Source of the DNA: an uncultured virus (IMG/VR IMGVR_UViG_3300037067_001693) | Lineage: Duplodnaviria > Heunggongvirae > Uroviricota > Caudoviricetes | Strand: one strand, 5' to 3' | IMG/VR virus record: IMGVR_UViG_3300037067_001693 | Length of the DNA: 58,711 bases | Shown: positions 38,665 to 48,456 of the stretch, in pieces | Numbering within the stretch: the first letter of the stretch is position 1 | Layout: every line of letters begins with the position of its first letter | The notes under the pieces: generated by a model | What the model was told of the DNA's origin: nothing | Seen by the model: the letters and a program-made list of their open reading frames with translations, nothing else | The model's database searches: none | Made by a program: the position numbers and the translations under genes

Positions 38665-39762
38665 TTATATAACGTAGGCACGTTCTAGGGGTTCTGTGCT
38701 TGCGTAAACCTTATTAGCTAAAATAGCATATTTAATAGTTTTAACAAACTGAATAATATCTGTATCTATTTTAACTTTTCCTTTCTCTGTGTATGAGTAA
38801 GTACTCATCAAATCTAAGCAAGTAACAACCAAATGTCTTGAGGAAAAAGTCAAGTTTACGTCTTTGTTTATAGCATATCTTAATACATCTAAATCAAGTA
38901 ATGCTGATCTGAATTTACCTTGGTACGTGTTATCAAAGTTTTGTTCGTACGTATTTCTCTTTATTTCATGTTTAATTTCTTCATTAGTCATAGGCCCGTT
39001 ACCGTGCCTTGTTTGGTAAGCTCTGGTAACAAGAAATACTTCTGGATTGAATCCCATCTCTACTATATTTTTAAGTCCGGTATTTGCTCTTGTTACGTGA
39101 GGAAAGAATCCTATACTCTGATCTAAGAGCAAACCTTGCGAACCTTCAAATATAATATTATCATAGTAAGAAACATGTGGAAATCCTGAAGTTGGTCTTA
39201 TTGCTGCTGTGTCAACTAATTCTTTGCAAGTAGAAAGAAACTCTTCGGCGTCATCATTAGTGTATTTATAATACTGCTTAAGCATTTCTAACTTTATTTT
39301 AAGAACTGAAGGATAGTATAAATCCTCAAACAATAAGGAAAAATGATCCTCCTCACGTTGAAAAGTTTGTCCTACTCCCACTCCACAGCTTCCATGCTGA
39401 GTGTCATGATTAAGTATTTTATTCCGCATCTTCTCATATGGCGTAGTGATAGGACAGCGTAAATCTATATAAAGTGTAGGACTTATTCCCTTACTATTTA
39501 ACACACTAAGTTCATTAAGAATTCCCACTGGATCAACTGTGCAGTAGCTTGACCAATACGTATTAAACCCTTGAAGTGTACCGCTGCCAAAGTTTGAGAA
39601 TACGTGGTCAAGTCCATTTTCAAGCATTACATGATGACCTGCTTGATGACCACCACTAAACCTCACCACCAGTGGATTTGAGGACAGGGAGCATAGCCAA
39701 CTGACTACTTTACCTTTACCCTCATCCCCAAACCCACAACCTATAACAGCTTGACATTTCAT
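38665..39762 (-). CDS. adenylosuccinate synthetase-like protein (divergent PurA)
   Basis: GFGDEGKGK, RFSGGHQAGH, GSCGVGVG, FEGSQG, TRAYQTRHGNGP. Confidence 0.85.
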   Translation of the reverse strand: MKCQAVIGCGFGDEGKGKVVSWLCSLSSNPLVVRFSGGHQAGHHVMLENGLDHVFSNFGSGTLQGFNTYWSSYCTVDPVGILNELSVLNSKGISPTLYIDLRCPITTPYEKMRNKILNHDTQHGSCGVGVGQTFQREEDHFSLLFEDLYYPSVLKIKLEMLKQYYKYTNDDAEEFLSTCKELVDTAAIRPTSGFPHVSYYDNIIFEGSQGLLLDQSIGFFPHVTRANTGLKNIVEMGFNPEVFLVTRAYQTRHGNGPMTNEEIKHEIKRNTYEQNFDNTYQGKFRSALLDLDVLRYAINKDVNLTFSSRHLVVTCLDLMSTYSYTEKGKVKIDTDIIQFVKTIKYAILANKVYASTEPLERAYVI

Positions 39763-40610
39763 AGCATCATTTCTTCCTTTTTGCTTGTTACTGCACTGTT
39801 ATCTTGTTTTGCTGAAACAACGGGACAAACTACATTTATGATGATGGAAGCCACATCTTCTCGATGATCAGCTATGATAAGATTGTCCTGCAAGAGCTGC
39901 TTCCAACCTTCCATGACAGATCTTCTGCTGCCCGATCCAGTTTCCTTAATGTGGATATGATAGCAGTCATATTTCAGCATTGCTTTTTCAAGCAGTGCTG
40001 TTGTTGAGTAGTTCTCATACTGTCCATCTCCCATCATCTTTTTAAGAAACCTTTCTGGAACACTAGGAAGAACTGGTTCATCTCCGATAGTGAACAGAAA
40101 TCCTTTCTTGTTTCTTTTAGTTAAAGAATCTATCTCGGTATGAAAGGCCGCAAAGTACCAAGCCAGCATGTAGCTTTCTCCAGCATTACCACCACCCCCA
40201 CCTTCCAGCCAAATAGTAGTCAGCCACTTATCAAGCAACTCATCACTTGATTCAAACTGGCCTACCTGAAGTGGTGCGCTGTCACACTCATGATCTCCAA
40301 TACCGAGGAAAAGTATTTGGGGATCAGCAATACCTGATTTGATAATAGAGTCCATTATGTGGGGTAATCCCTCCTTAACAATGAAGTGAGGAACTGAGCC
40401 CATAGATCCTGTTACATCAAGTGCAATGACCAGTGGTAAAGATTCAGGATGCTCTGCAGAGTCTCGGGATTCCCTTACCCTTACACCATACGGATTCATT
40501 GCCGAGTTAATATTTCTAGCAGTGAATATTTCCTGTGTAGACTTTGTTTCGTATCCAAGACTGGTTGCTCTTACTGATCGTGATACTGACGAATATATTC
40601 CTCCTCCCAT
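39759..40610 (-). CDS. vWA domain protein
   Basis: LDVTGSMG MIDAS, GIGD, EGGGGGN..ESY, FTIGDE; start MGGG after GAGGTG. Confidence 0.85.
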   Translation of the reverse strand: MGGGIYSSVSRSVRATSLGYETKSTQEIFTARNINSAMNPYGVRVRESRDSAEHPESLPLVIALDVTGSMGSVPHFIVKEGLPHIMDSIIKSGIADPQILFLGIGDHECDSAPLQVGQFESSDELLDKWLTTIWLEGGGGGNAGESYMLAWYFAAFHTEIDSLTKRNKKGFLFTIGDEPVLPSVPERFLKKMMGDGQYENYSTTALLEKAMLKYDCYHIHIKETGSGSRRSVMEGWKQLLQDNLIIADHREDVASIIINVVCPVVSAKQDNSAVTSKKEEMML

Positions 40611-40611
40611 A

Positions 40612-40953
40612 TCACACCTCCCCGAACAGGTAATTGTATCTTGCTTCCGCAATTTCCAGTTTAATTGTTTCGTTTCTGATTTTTACACCCAACTCAATGT
40701 CCTTTGCAACATAGGCCGGGGCATCGAAATCACTTGCCACCATAAGACTCATTGAGTTCTCAGGAGAAAGATCAAGCATATTCTCCTGCTCACGCTTCAT
40801 GCGGCTGATCGCTACTCTGAGGTCTTCGACCTGCCTTTTGTAAAGCAATTGTGCATCCTCACCAATTGCTTCAGCACGATCTTCTCTGATCTTCTTGTTG
40901 TTTCTCTTCAGTGACGATAAGAACGCTCCTTCAACCTTTTCTGCTTCTGACAT
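40612..40953 (-). CDS. helical protein coupled to vWA and PurA-like genes
   Basis: 113 aa; first gene of a tightly coupled three-gene unit. Confidence 0.6.
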   Translation of the reverse strand: MSEAEKVEGAFLSSLKRNNKKIREDRAEAIGEDAQLLYKRQVEDLRVAISRMKREQENMLDLSPENSMSLMVASDFDAPAYVAKDIELGVKIRNETIKLEIAEARYNYLFGEV

Positions 40954-41222
40954 AATCTTTCTCCTTTATTTAAAGTAGATTCATAATGAATCCCAAGAAG
41001 ATTCTATTTAATAGAATCTTCCTCGAACACATTACTTTATTTTAAATGCACTCGAATCAAAACACCAAACTTCTTAAACACATCAAGGGCGACTTTGTCG
41101 TTGAGATATTGTTCAATCTCAGAGCACTTCTTGATTTCCTCAGCCACATGTTCTTCCCCGCCAGCCTGACCTTGGATAATAATAGTACCATTTCGTCGTA
41201 TAGCCATTTCCTTCCTCCTTTA

Positions 41223-41411
41223 TTATTTAATTTGAAATCCAAGTCTCTTTAAATACCTGATGAAAGCGTTGATAACTGAAGGCTCAAGATATACCATATC
41301 TGTAGGATGCCCTGAGGCCTTATCGTTTGCGGCAAGGCACACCTGCCACCCATCGTAGTCAACATACAGTCCATCGCCAAGATAGTCTTCATTAGGCCCA
41401 TTTTCAGCCAT
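41223..41411 (-). CDS. hypothetical protein
   Basis: YLGDGLYVDYDG...VYLEP motif; GGAGG RBS. Confidence 0.55.
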   Translation of the reverse strand: MAENGPNEDYLGDGLYVDYDGWQVCLAANDKASGHPTDMVYLEPSVINAFIRYLKRLGFQIK

Positions 41412-41621
41412 CTCAAACCTCCTTTCAAGAGTGTGCTAAGCCATCTTTTTCAATTCCTACCACCAGCCCATCAAACTCACACATTAAGGCTCCCAATCCC
41501 CACTCTATCCATCTATCATCAGGCTCCTTTTTGTAGCGTTTGACTAACTTAACCATTGAGTCATACTGCGCTTCGGTTACTTCCGCGCTAACATAAGGTT
41601 TTGTACCGATGTTAAGCTTAA

Positions 41622-41927
41622 TCATTTCAACGCCTCCTTCCATTCAGGCGTTCCTGCCCATATGGGAGTAAACCTATTATGAAACTGATCTCTGTGCTGT
41701 TTTCCTGTAAAATACCAAGGAAACATGTTGCACTTAGGACAAGTGTATTCACAAACAGCGCCTGTTACAGGAAAAGTATGGTTTTCCTCTTTGTAGTTAA
41801 ACTTGTTCCAATGTTTGGTGCTTAAGCAATTACAGTGCAATACGCACAATCTTCCCTTATCATCCCGAAACAGATTAACCTTGGACAGGGGAACTACAAC
41901 TCCTTCATAGATTTTTGTTTTCTTCAC
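41622..41927 (-). CDS. hypothetical protein
   Basis: 101 aa, GGAGG RBS, CPKC. Confidence 0.45.
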   Translation of the reverse strand: MKKTKIYEGVVVPLSKVNLFRDDKGRLCVLHCNCLSTKHWNKFNYKEENHTFPVTGAVCEYTCPKCNMFPWYFTGKQHRDQFHNRFTPIWAGTPEWKEALK

Positions 41928-41974
41928 TTTAATACCTCCTTATTCTAGCATTACGAACGTAGTCTACTGTCATA

Positions 41975-42166
41975 TCAAGACCTTCCAAACTTCCACGCAG
42001 CTCCACGTCCAGCAAGCCACTTTGACGCTTGTCGTTTACAAGGCTTTACTTTTCGCGTTTCTTCTGTTCCTCCAAGTAACTCATTTGCTTTATCACAGGC
42101 TTTGAGGAATTTTGGATCTGCGTCCTTTAGGAAATTAACAACCTTACCTTCATTGATCTTTCGCAT
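41975..42166 (-). CDS. hypothetical protein
   Basis: DPKFLKAC...KRQASKW..GRG.AW motif. Confidence 0.55.
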   Translation of the reverse strand: MRKINEGKVVNFLKDADPKFLKACDKANELLGGTEETRKVKPCKRQASKWLAGRGAAWKFGRS

Positions 42167-42440
42167 AATTCATACTCCTTTCTTAGGGTAAACTGAATTT
42201 TGGTTATGTTAGCTATACGTCTGTATCTTACTTTACATCTGTAATATTATGCGTAATAATACCACACGCTACACAAGGTCCGTCATGACCTAAAGTGCGG
42301 GTGCACAAAAACAAAGGACCACTAGAATATTTCGGAGCTACTATTGGTTTAGTACAGAATTCATTATCTTCTCTGCTGCAGTATTTGCACATCATACTCT
42401 CCTTTCAAATAAAGATTTGTCCATTTATTGAACGATTCTT

Positions 42441-42621
42441 AATTTCAGGACAGGGTTCGATACCTGCACGGAACAGTTTACAAATCATTTGTGTCTTAAG
42501 AACACGATTCGTCCGTCCGATGAGCCATTGAAGACGGTAGGTTGCGTTTGCATCTCGGCTGCTTAGCCCTTACTCGTCCCTGTTCCAGACTCCTTACGTC
42601 TAGCTTCCGCCACCCTTATTC
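42441..42621 (-). ncRNA. tRNA-like RNA with ~100-nt structured insert
   Basis: D-like GUGGCGGAAGCUAGACGU, stem GGAACAG/CUGUUCC, T-like GCAGG-UAUCGAAC-CCUGU; bracketed by two 29-bp palindromes. Confidence 0.5.
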
Positions 42622-42655
42622 AAGAATCGTCCAATAATTGTACAAACCTTTAAAT

Positions 42656-42838
42656 TTAAATCAACTCAAATTTGCGCACAGCGTCTTTAAACACCTTAAT
42701 CATAGCATCTTTATCAATAGTACACTTTATCCCGTATTTTTGCTCTACAAATTCTACTAACTCTATTAATCCTTCGCTATATAGGTACTTTACGCCTCTT
42801 AACTCCGTCATCATATGATACAGGAATTGTTTATTCAC
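42656..42838 (-). CDS. hypothetical protein
   Basis: 60 aa downstream of tRNA-Pro; AAGGA RBS. Confidence 0.45.
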   Translation of the reverse strand: MNKQFLYHMMTELRGVKYLYSEGLIELVEFVEQKYGIKCTIDKDAMIKVFKDAVRKFELI

Positions 42839-42856
42839 TACAATATCCTTCAGATT

Positions 42857-42933
42857 TGGTCCGAGTAGAAGGATTTGAACCTTCGACCCTCTGGTCCCAG
42901 GCCAGATACGCTACCAGACTGCGCTATACTCGG
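42857..42933 (-). tRNA. tRNA-Pro(UGG)
   Basis: Cloverleaf: CCGAGUA/UACUCGG-A-CCA, UCUGG-CCUGGGA-CCAGA, GAAGG-UUCAAAU-CCUUC. Confidence 0.92.
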
Positions 42934-42958
42934 ACAATATTTCCATCATGTTAAACAA

Positions 42959-42987
42959 ACTATAACATATTTAAAGGTAGAAAACAA
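42959..42987 (-). promoter_or_regulatory. sigma70 extended -10 promoter for tRNA-Pro
   Basis: TTGTTT-17bp-TATAGT with TGn, about 25 bp upstream of the tRNA. Confidence 0.55.
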
Positions 42988-43023
42988 CCAAAATATTCCA
43001 GTCAATACAAATCATTTAATGAC

Positions 43024-43935
43024 TTAAACATCCCAATTATCCCTAATTCTTGTTACCTTAGGCATCCGAGGAGCGTCAATACTGCCATACTTTTGGTACT
43101 TAACAGTGCAAACTCTGCCGAGGTAGGAATGCCTATCATCCCATATTTTCTTCTTTTCTGCATCGTTAAAGCCCTTCCCGCACGCTGCCTTAAAGGGTTT
43201 AGACCACCGAGTTGATAAAAGAACAAACATACCTAATGTGTCTTTAGGGTACTTATTTTCTTGATGTGACGACCTTTTACTCAGTCCCTGTGCATCTACT
43301 ACCTTCTCGTTGAGATTCTCCATCGCTTCTTCCAAGCCAATGATCTCAGCATCACACTCCTCAAAGGGTTTTCTTTTGAAGATGTTCTGCTCGCGCAGGG
43401 TACATCTACCCTCTTTGTATCTTCCTTCAAGTGATCTGATCATCGCTCCTTCGTAACCGAGCTCAACCATCTCTTTCTCATAGATCAAGACCTCAGCAGC
43501 ATTAGTCAGCAGTCTTTGCTCCAATACAACAATTCTTGGATGGTACAGATAAGGTACTGACTTTAACCACCTTTCATAGTAAGATAAATCACCAAATCTC
43601 CAGTTATCAAACACGTATAGTCGAAAGTCAGGCTCACCATCGAATCTTCTAATAGGTCCTGATGTCCTATGGAATACATCATCATCTTCATTTTCCTTGA
43701 AAGGGGAGCCTACAATAATCTCCCCATCATGCCCAAAGAATGCAGGGTTTCGTAGCGCCGTATCAATAAAGCGATTAGAGAAAGGTTTCATTGAGGACGT
43801 TCTTCCTCCCCTTTCATCCACTATACAGCGGAAGCCGTCCAGTTTCGGACTGCCAACGAGAGGGTATTTAAGGGTCTGGAGGTCTGCGTCAGTTATAGGG
43901 TCGGTCGGGGCCTTTTGAACTCTTTTAATTAACAT
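43024..43935 (-). CDS. ATP-dependent DNA ligase
   Basis: SPKLDGFRC (motif I), DGEI, YVFD, YEGAMIR, KRKP, VKYQ...PRMP. Confidence 0.92.
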   Translation of the reverse strand: MLIKRVQKAPTDPITDADLQTLKYPLVGSPKLDGFRCIVDERGGRTSSMKPFSNRFIDTALRNPAFFGHDGEIIVGSPFKENEDDDVFHRTSGPIRRFDGEPDFRLYVFDNWRFGDLSYYERWLKSVPYLYHPRIVVLEQRLLTNAAEVLIYEKEMVELGYEGAMIRSLEGRYKEGRCTLREQNIFKRKPFEECDAEIIGLEEAMENLNEKVVDAQGLSKRSSHQENKYPKDTLGMFVLLSTRWSKPFKAACGKGFNDAEKKKIWDDRHSYLGRVCTVKYQKYGSIDAPRMPKVTRIRDNWDV

Positions 43936-43937
43936 AT

Positions 43938-44183
43938 TTATCTTCCTTTCTTTCTACTGTGCATTTGCTGAACAACTCTCCAGTTAACTTTTTCAGACTC
44001 TTTTCTGTCTCGGTGGAACTGCTCAGTTATTCTATCTAATGCCTCTAGAGCATCAGATTCAGGTGCTGTAAATGTGTACATTTCTTCGCCACTCGCAAGG
44101 CAAACTGATACCGTAGTATCTGTTGATGCTATAATGTCTGATGGAGCGAAGGCGATTACTCTTTTATAAGTATTACTTTGCAT
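43938..44183 (-). CDS. hypothetical protein
   Basis: 81 aa, tight packing. Confidence 0.5.
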   Translation of the reverse strand: MQSNTYKRVIAFAPSDIIASTDTTVSVCLASGEEMYTFTAPESDALEALDRITEQFHRDRKESEKVNWRVVQQMHSRKKGR

Positions 44184-44192
44184 AGCACACCT

Positions 44193-44519
44193 TTACTTAA
44201 GTATTCCCTGCAGTTCCTTAACTGCAACATAAGGTTCATTTCGCTTAATCAATTCAACAGTCTTAAATAATTCCTGAGACATTGCAATACTATCCTTTTG
44301 TACATACTGTAAATAGTCATCATGAGTTATTGCTGCGTTGTTAATATGCTTTAATATATTCCCAATACCTTCTTGAATAAGAAGCAGTTGTTCAATAATT
44401 CTATCCTTCCTTCTCTTAGCATTGTGAAGATTGTGCTTCTGCGCTGCCATATAATACAAAGCAGCATCACTCATCTCATCAAAATTGCCTGTGTTTGGCA
44501 TATTAAACTCCTTCATCAT
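44193..44519 (-). CDS. hypothetical protein
   Basis: 108 aa, helical. Confidence 0.5.
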   Translation of the reverse strand: MMKEFNMPNTGNFDEMSDAALYYMAAQKHNLHNAKRRKDRIIEQLLLIQEGIGNILKHINNAAITHDDYLQYVQKDSIAMSQELFKTVELIKRNEPYVAVKELQGILK

Positions 44520-44874
44520 CCGACATCTCAGAGAGTGTCTTCATAATCTCCTCTTCCGAAATTCCATCAGCCTCCATTAACATCCTAATTCTTATCTTTT
44601 CAGAAGACTCTTTAACAACAGGCGTCATCACACCATCCTCTAAAAAGTAGCAGGTCTCTCGGCCTCGAGGGAATAGTTCAATAAACATTTGGCCTTCAAT
44701 GTTTCTTTTTCTGATGCCTACTAAGTCAGCAAGGAAAGGGGGAAGTTTTCCTCTTTTGTAAAACATAGAAGTTCTCTTTGATTCCTGGTCCTCAACCGAG
44801 CTGCACGAAATCAAGTAACTCTTCTTCGAGTTTCCATCTTTTGCTTCTTCAAGAAATTTCTCAAGGTGGTGCAT
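44503..44874 (-). CDS. hypothetical protein, paralog of 34655..35074
   Basis: C-terminal RIRMLMEADGISEEEI; AAGGAG RBS. Confidence 0.55.
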   Translation of the reverse strand: MHHLEKFLEEAKDGNSKKSYLISCSSVEDQESKRTSMFYKRGKLPPFLADLVGIRKRNIEGQMFIELFPRGRETCYFLEDGVMTPVVKESSEKIRIRMLMEADGISEEEIMKTLSEMSDDEGV

Positions 44875-44902
44875 ATTGCTAATCTCCTTTGTTATTAATA
44901 GG

Positions 44903-45101
44903 TTGTGTTCCTTAGAAGATTAGCTATCCTTTACTATAAGTCCTTGAGTATAGTCAGCACACATCGTAGGAGGAAAGCAGTGGCAGCCGTTCTCCGGCCA
45001 GGACTGCTGAGCAATGGGACCTCTGAATAATGCATACTATATACCTTATAGTGCTTTAACCAAGGCTGCTATTGCAGATAGCTAATCTTTAAAGAACACA
45101 A
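44903..45101 (-). ncRNA. putative ~200-nt structured RNA
   Basis: Long terminal inverted repeat TTGTGTTC..AAGATTAGCTATC / GATAGCTAATCTT..GAACACAA and internal hairpins; strand inferred from context. Confidence 0.45.
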
Positions 45102-45629
45102 AATTTACTTACCTTGCCTTACGACTCTAAAGATGAAGCCCTTAATTAGTCTAATACACAGTCAGTATCAAAAATCACCACTTGTCATATCGGCGAACCA
45201 TTCCTTAATTCTGCACCAGATACACAGGGACACGCCGTCTGACATGACTCTCAGCATGGTAGTACCTGCGCACTCATAACAAATACTTTCACAATTCCGT
45301 AACCATCTTATCTCTGATTTTGTGTCAGTCATCTCTAGTCTCCTTTCGTTTTGTTAGTGTTTAGGGTCGCCGGGTGTTTAGTTAAATTACATTACTTGTA
45401 TTTTTTGCTTTCTTAACAACAGTAACACATGCAGGAAGATCCTCCACCGATACTATAATATTGATGCCGCCTAAATAGTCAATAGGAAGTAACTTCTCAC
45501 AGATGTCATGAGTAGCCAAGAATTCTTCTTTGCTCTCATATTGTGTTGTTTCTTTTCCGTCAAAATAAGTAAACATCTTTAGTTTACCTTCAGGTTGCGA
45601 ATCGGGGTTTGATTCCCATTGTTTGAGTT

Positions 45630-45658
45630 ACTATACCACACCTATTGTTAGTTGTCAA
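45630..45658 (-). promoter_or_regulatory. strong sigma70 promoter
   Basis: TTGACA-17bp-TATAGT with TGn extension. Confidence 0.75.
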
Positions 45659-47285
45659 TAAGTTAATGTTAGCATTGTAAAATATTTTAATTACTGTAAT
45701 TCGTGAATCCGTGAATTACCAACCAGTATGTAGTGACCTGTAAAATAGTACAATCGTGGGATGTAACCCGTATGTCGTAATCGGTATTACTAGGCCAATC
45801 GCTAGCTGAATCCAGTCGTCTCTATTAAGTATTCTTTTGTCAGTTCCGTCCAATCATTGTACGGTTCTCATATGTATCGTATTATAGTCTGTGTTCTTCT
45901 TAGTCTTCTTTTTATTATAATTTTTTTTTTAAAAGGACTAACAGTGAACTGATTAAAACCTAAGGACTTACCAATTATAACTACCTGAATACAGAAGACT
46001 GGAAATGACAATGGTAACCCAAGAAATACTGATTACGACATACGACATACTACTCACTAATTACAATATTTTACTACGTTTACTGACACAGAAATACCTC
46101 AGCCCTTTCCCTAGCAACTGAGGTCTTTCCTCAGATCTCTTTGTTCAGTTATTGCTCAATTCCCTGATAACACTGTCAACTGTGAAGATCGTCTCTTGCG
46201 CGAGTGCGACTGTCTCCTCATCGCAGTCTTTGTCTAGTAAAGCTTCCATTGCCAGCATAACCACCTTGTCTGCCTGTGCTCTTAGTTCTTCCATTTTAAG
46301 TCTCCTTTCAAAGTATACTAACCAAGATGTAAAATCCTGCGAAGATTGCTCCGATCAGTAACCATTCACCGAGTACGCGTCTAATCATCCCTCATGTCTC
46401 CTTTGCTCTTTTAAGTAATCTTCGATCGAGATACTCCTGACCTTGCCGCGTCTTGCTTTTCTTGGTTTGTAGTGAGTACTGACATTCTTTGGGATTGACT
46501 CCTTCACATCGAAGGTGATGCATATCTCAAGCCTCGTGATGTTGGGAGGGTTGAAGATATGATCTCTGTCCTGCCACCTCTTCTTAGGCATAGCTGTCTC
46601 CTTTCTCAATACTTGAATAATCGTTTAGGTATAGTGAATCCTCGCTTATCCTGAGTGTCCGCTGGCAAAGTCACAAATCCGAAGTTTTGGCAGTTCTTTA
46701 TTTTGATCCGAGTATCATTGGGAATAATCCACTGCTCAAGGATTAGGTCAGCTGAAAGGATTACTTCCTTCCAAGGTCCGTTAATCTTACCCCAGGGTAA
46801 TGTGTCTAAATGTAACATCTTGTTGTCTCCTTTCTGAGATTACGCTATTATTATAGTTTACTTAATATCCAGCGTTGGACTTAACTGATAAGACCGCCGT
46901 ATATAGCGAAACATCCTTATGTCTTTCTTGGCATATGGCAAAACGATTCTTGGTTATACGTTTCAGATACGTCCATTAATTGGACGATACTGGGTGTTTG
47001 GAATTATGCTTTCCAGGGAGGGCAGAAGTGTTATAGATATTCGTAAGGGAAACCGTTTATTAGTAGATAGTAAACAGCAAAATCTGCTTTTTCCTGCGCG
47101 GTTAGATCGTCGTGTGCAGTTATGCCATTATGTACTTTGTCTACTGCATATTTAAACTGTGCAGCGGTTTTTGTTATATTGTTTCGCATACATCTCCTAA
47201 CTTCAAATGTAAGGTTTTCTGATTGGTCTCTGTCCATCTTTCTGCCTCCTTGAATTATGCCCTCCACAATACGCCTCCCAGTTTG

Positions 47286-47783
47286 TTAGCCTGCATCCTC
47301 GACCATTGTCTCGAATTCTTCGAGTTTGGTCTTTTGCTCCGCTGTCATAGGCAGTCCTAAAAGCTTCATGGCTGCCAGTTGTTTGTAATCGAACGAGGTC
47401 TTCAGCTCCTTGACTTTGGCCTTCATCAGGGCGGTCTCGGGGTCTGCTGATGCGTTCACTCTTGCTGGACGAGTTCCTTCATTGATGTGCTTTTCGAGTT
47501 CCCGTCTTTTATTCAGGCAATCAATGCGATAAGCATCTTCCCCTTCCGGCGTCTTCCGGTAGTCGGATTTTTTGATGCTGGTGGTACAATCCTGGAGGTC
47601 GTCAATGAATCCCTTGAGGCAAAACAGTTTTACCTCGTCCGGGACACTACTGACATCATATCGCCAATATGCGAACTGATAGCCTCCAAAAGCTGTCACG
47701 ATCATGTTAACAATATCATAAACATGACTGGCCTTTTTTCGTTCTGCAATAACCTGCGCTGCTACTTCCGCTGTTTGTTCCAT
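47286..47783 (-). CDS. hypothetical early protein, distant paralog of 33090..33485
   Basis: Start MEQTAE after AAGGAG; LKGFIDDLQDC resembles LHGFSQKLGDS. Confidence 0.55.
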   Translation of the reverse strand: MEQTAEVAAQVIAERKKASHVYDIVNMIVTAFGGYQFAYWRYDVSSVPDEVKLFCLKGFIDDLQDCTTSIKKSDYRKTPEGEDAYRIDCLNKRRELEKHINEGTRPARVNASADPETALMKAKVKELKTSFDYKQLAAMKLLGLPMTAEQKTKLEEFETMVEDAG

Positions 47784-47878
47784 AATTCGTCTCCTTATCA
47801 ATATAGATGATATGGGAGGCGTATAACGGAAAGCATAATTCATTTAATCCTGACCATTACAAACCTGCCAAAAGTTTG

Positions 47879-48103
47879 TTAGGGTATAAATCTAAAATCG
47901 TTTATTTGATATTCTGCTATGCCTGTGCCGTTGCGTTCGGCTAATTCAAGGGCGAATTGATTGGCTCGGTCTAGGAGTTGATCTGAGGTCAGATCACACT
48001 CCCAAAAAGGAATAACCATACCAATAGTGTTTCCATTTTTTGCTATCAACGATATTGATATGACCACGTCTGCTTCAATTTTTTCCATTGCGTCTGCCTC
48101 CAT
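47879..48103 (-). CDS. hypothetical early protein
   Basis: First ORF downstream of the sigma54 promoter; GGAGG RBS before MEKIEA. Confidence 0.45.
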   Translation of the reverse strand: MEADAMEKIEADVVISISLIAKNGNTIGMVIPFWECDLTSDQLLDRANQFALELAERNGTGIAEYQINDFRFIP

Positions 48104-48293
48104 ATTTCACGGCAGGTTTACAATGATCAGGATTTCTCATTATGTACCATATACTATTGCAGGTGATATGGATTATCAAAGAGTTTGCAAACATGAAACC
48201 ATCGTATCATCCAAACAACTGGAAGGGTGCAACATCCACCGATTAACCATGTCTGCCGCCGGGTATGTGATACCTCCCGGTTAATCATATACA

Positions 48294-48311
48294 TTGCAAT
48301 CGCTGTGCCAA
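48294..48311 (-). promoter_or_regulatory. sigma54 (-24/-12) promoter
   Basis: TTGGCACAGCGATTGCAA matches TGGCAC-N5-TTGCW. Confidence 0.7.
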
Positions 48312-48347
48312 CAGCTCCAATGTGCCGAAATAAATAAAACGTAATAA

Positions 48348-48360
48348 TATCAACAGGTTA
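48348..48360 (+). promoter_or_regulatory. IHF binding site
   Basis: TATCAACAGGTTA matches WATCAANNNNTTR, with an A-rich tract 5' of it. Confidence 0.6.
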
Positions 48361-48403
48361 CAATGTTATGTCAGATGTGACATAATAAATATACCATGTA
48401 CCT

Positions 48404-48456
48404 CGACATTATTGTCGAATCTGTATGTCGAATAACGACGTTATTGTCGAATCTGT
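48404..48456. repeat. tandem 21-bp repeat with palindromic core (candidate enhancer sites)
   Basis: CGACATTATTGTCGAATCTGT and CGACGTTATTGTCGAATCTGT, 32-bp period. Confidence 0.7.

Noticed and set aside
38665..39762. PurZ / 2-aminoadenine (Z) genome system
   Set aside because: The enzyme keeps GDEGKG (Asp) rather than the PurZ Ser, sits with a vWA gene, and no DatZ-like HD hydrolase was recognised.
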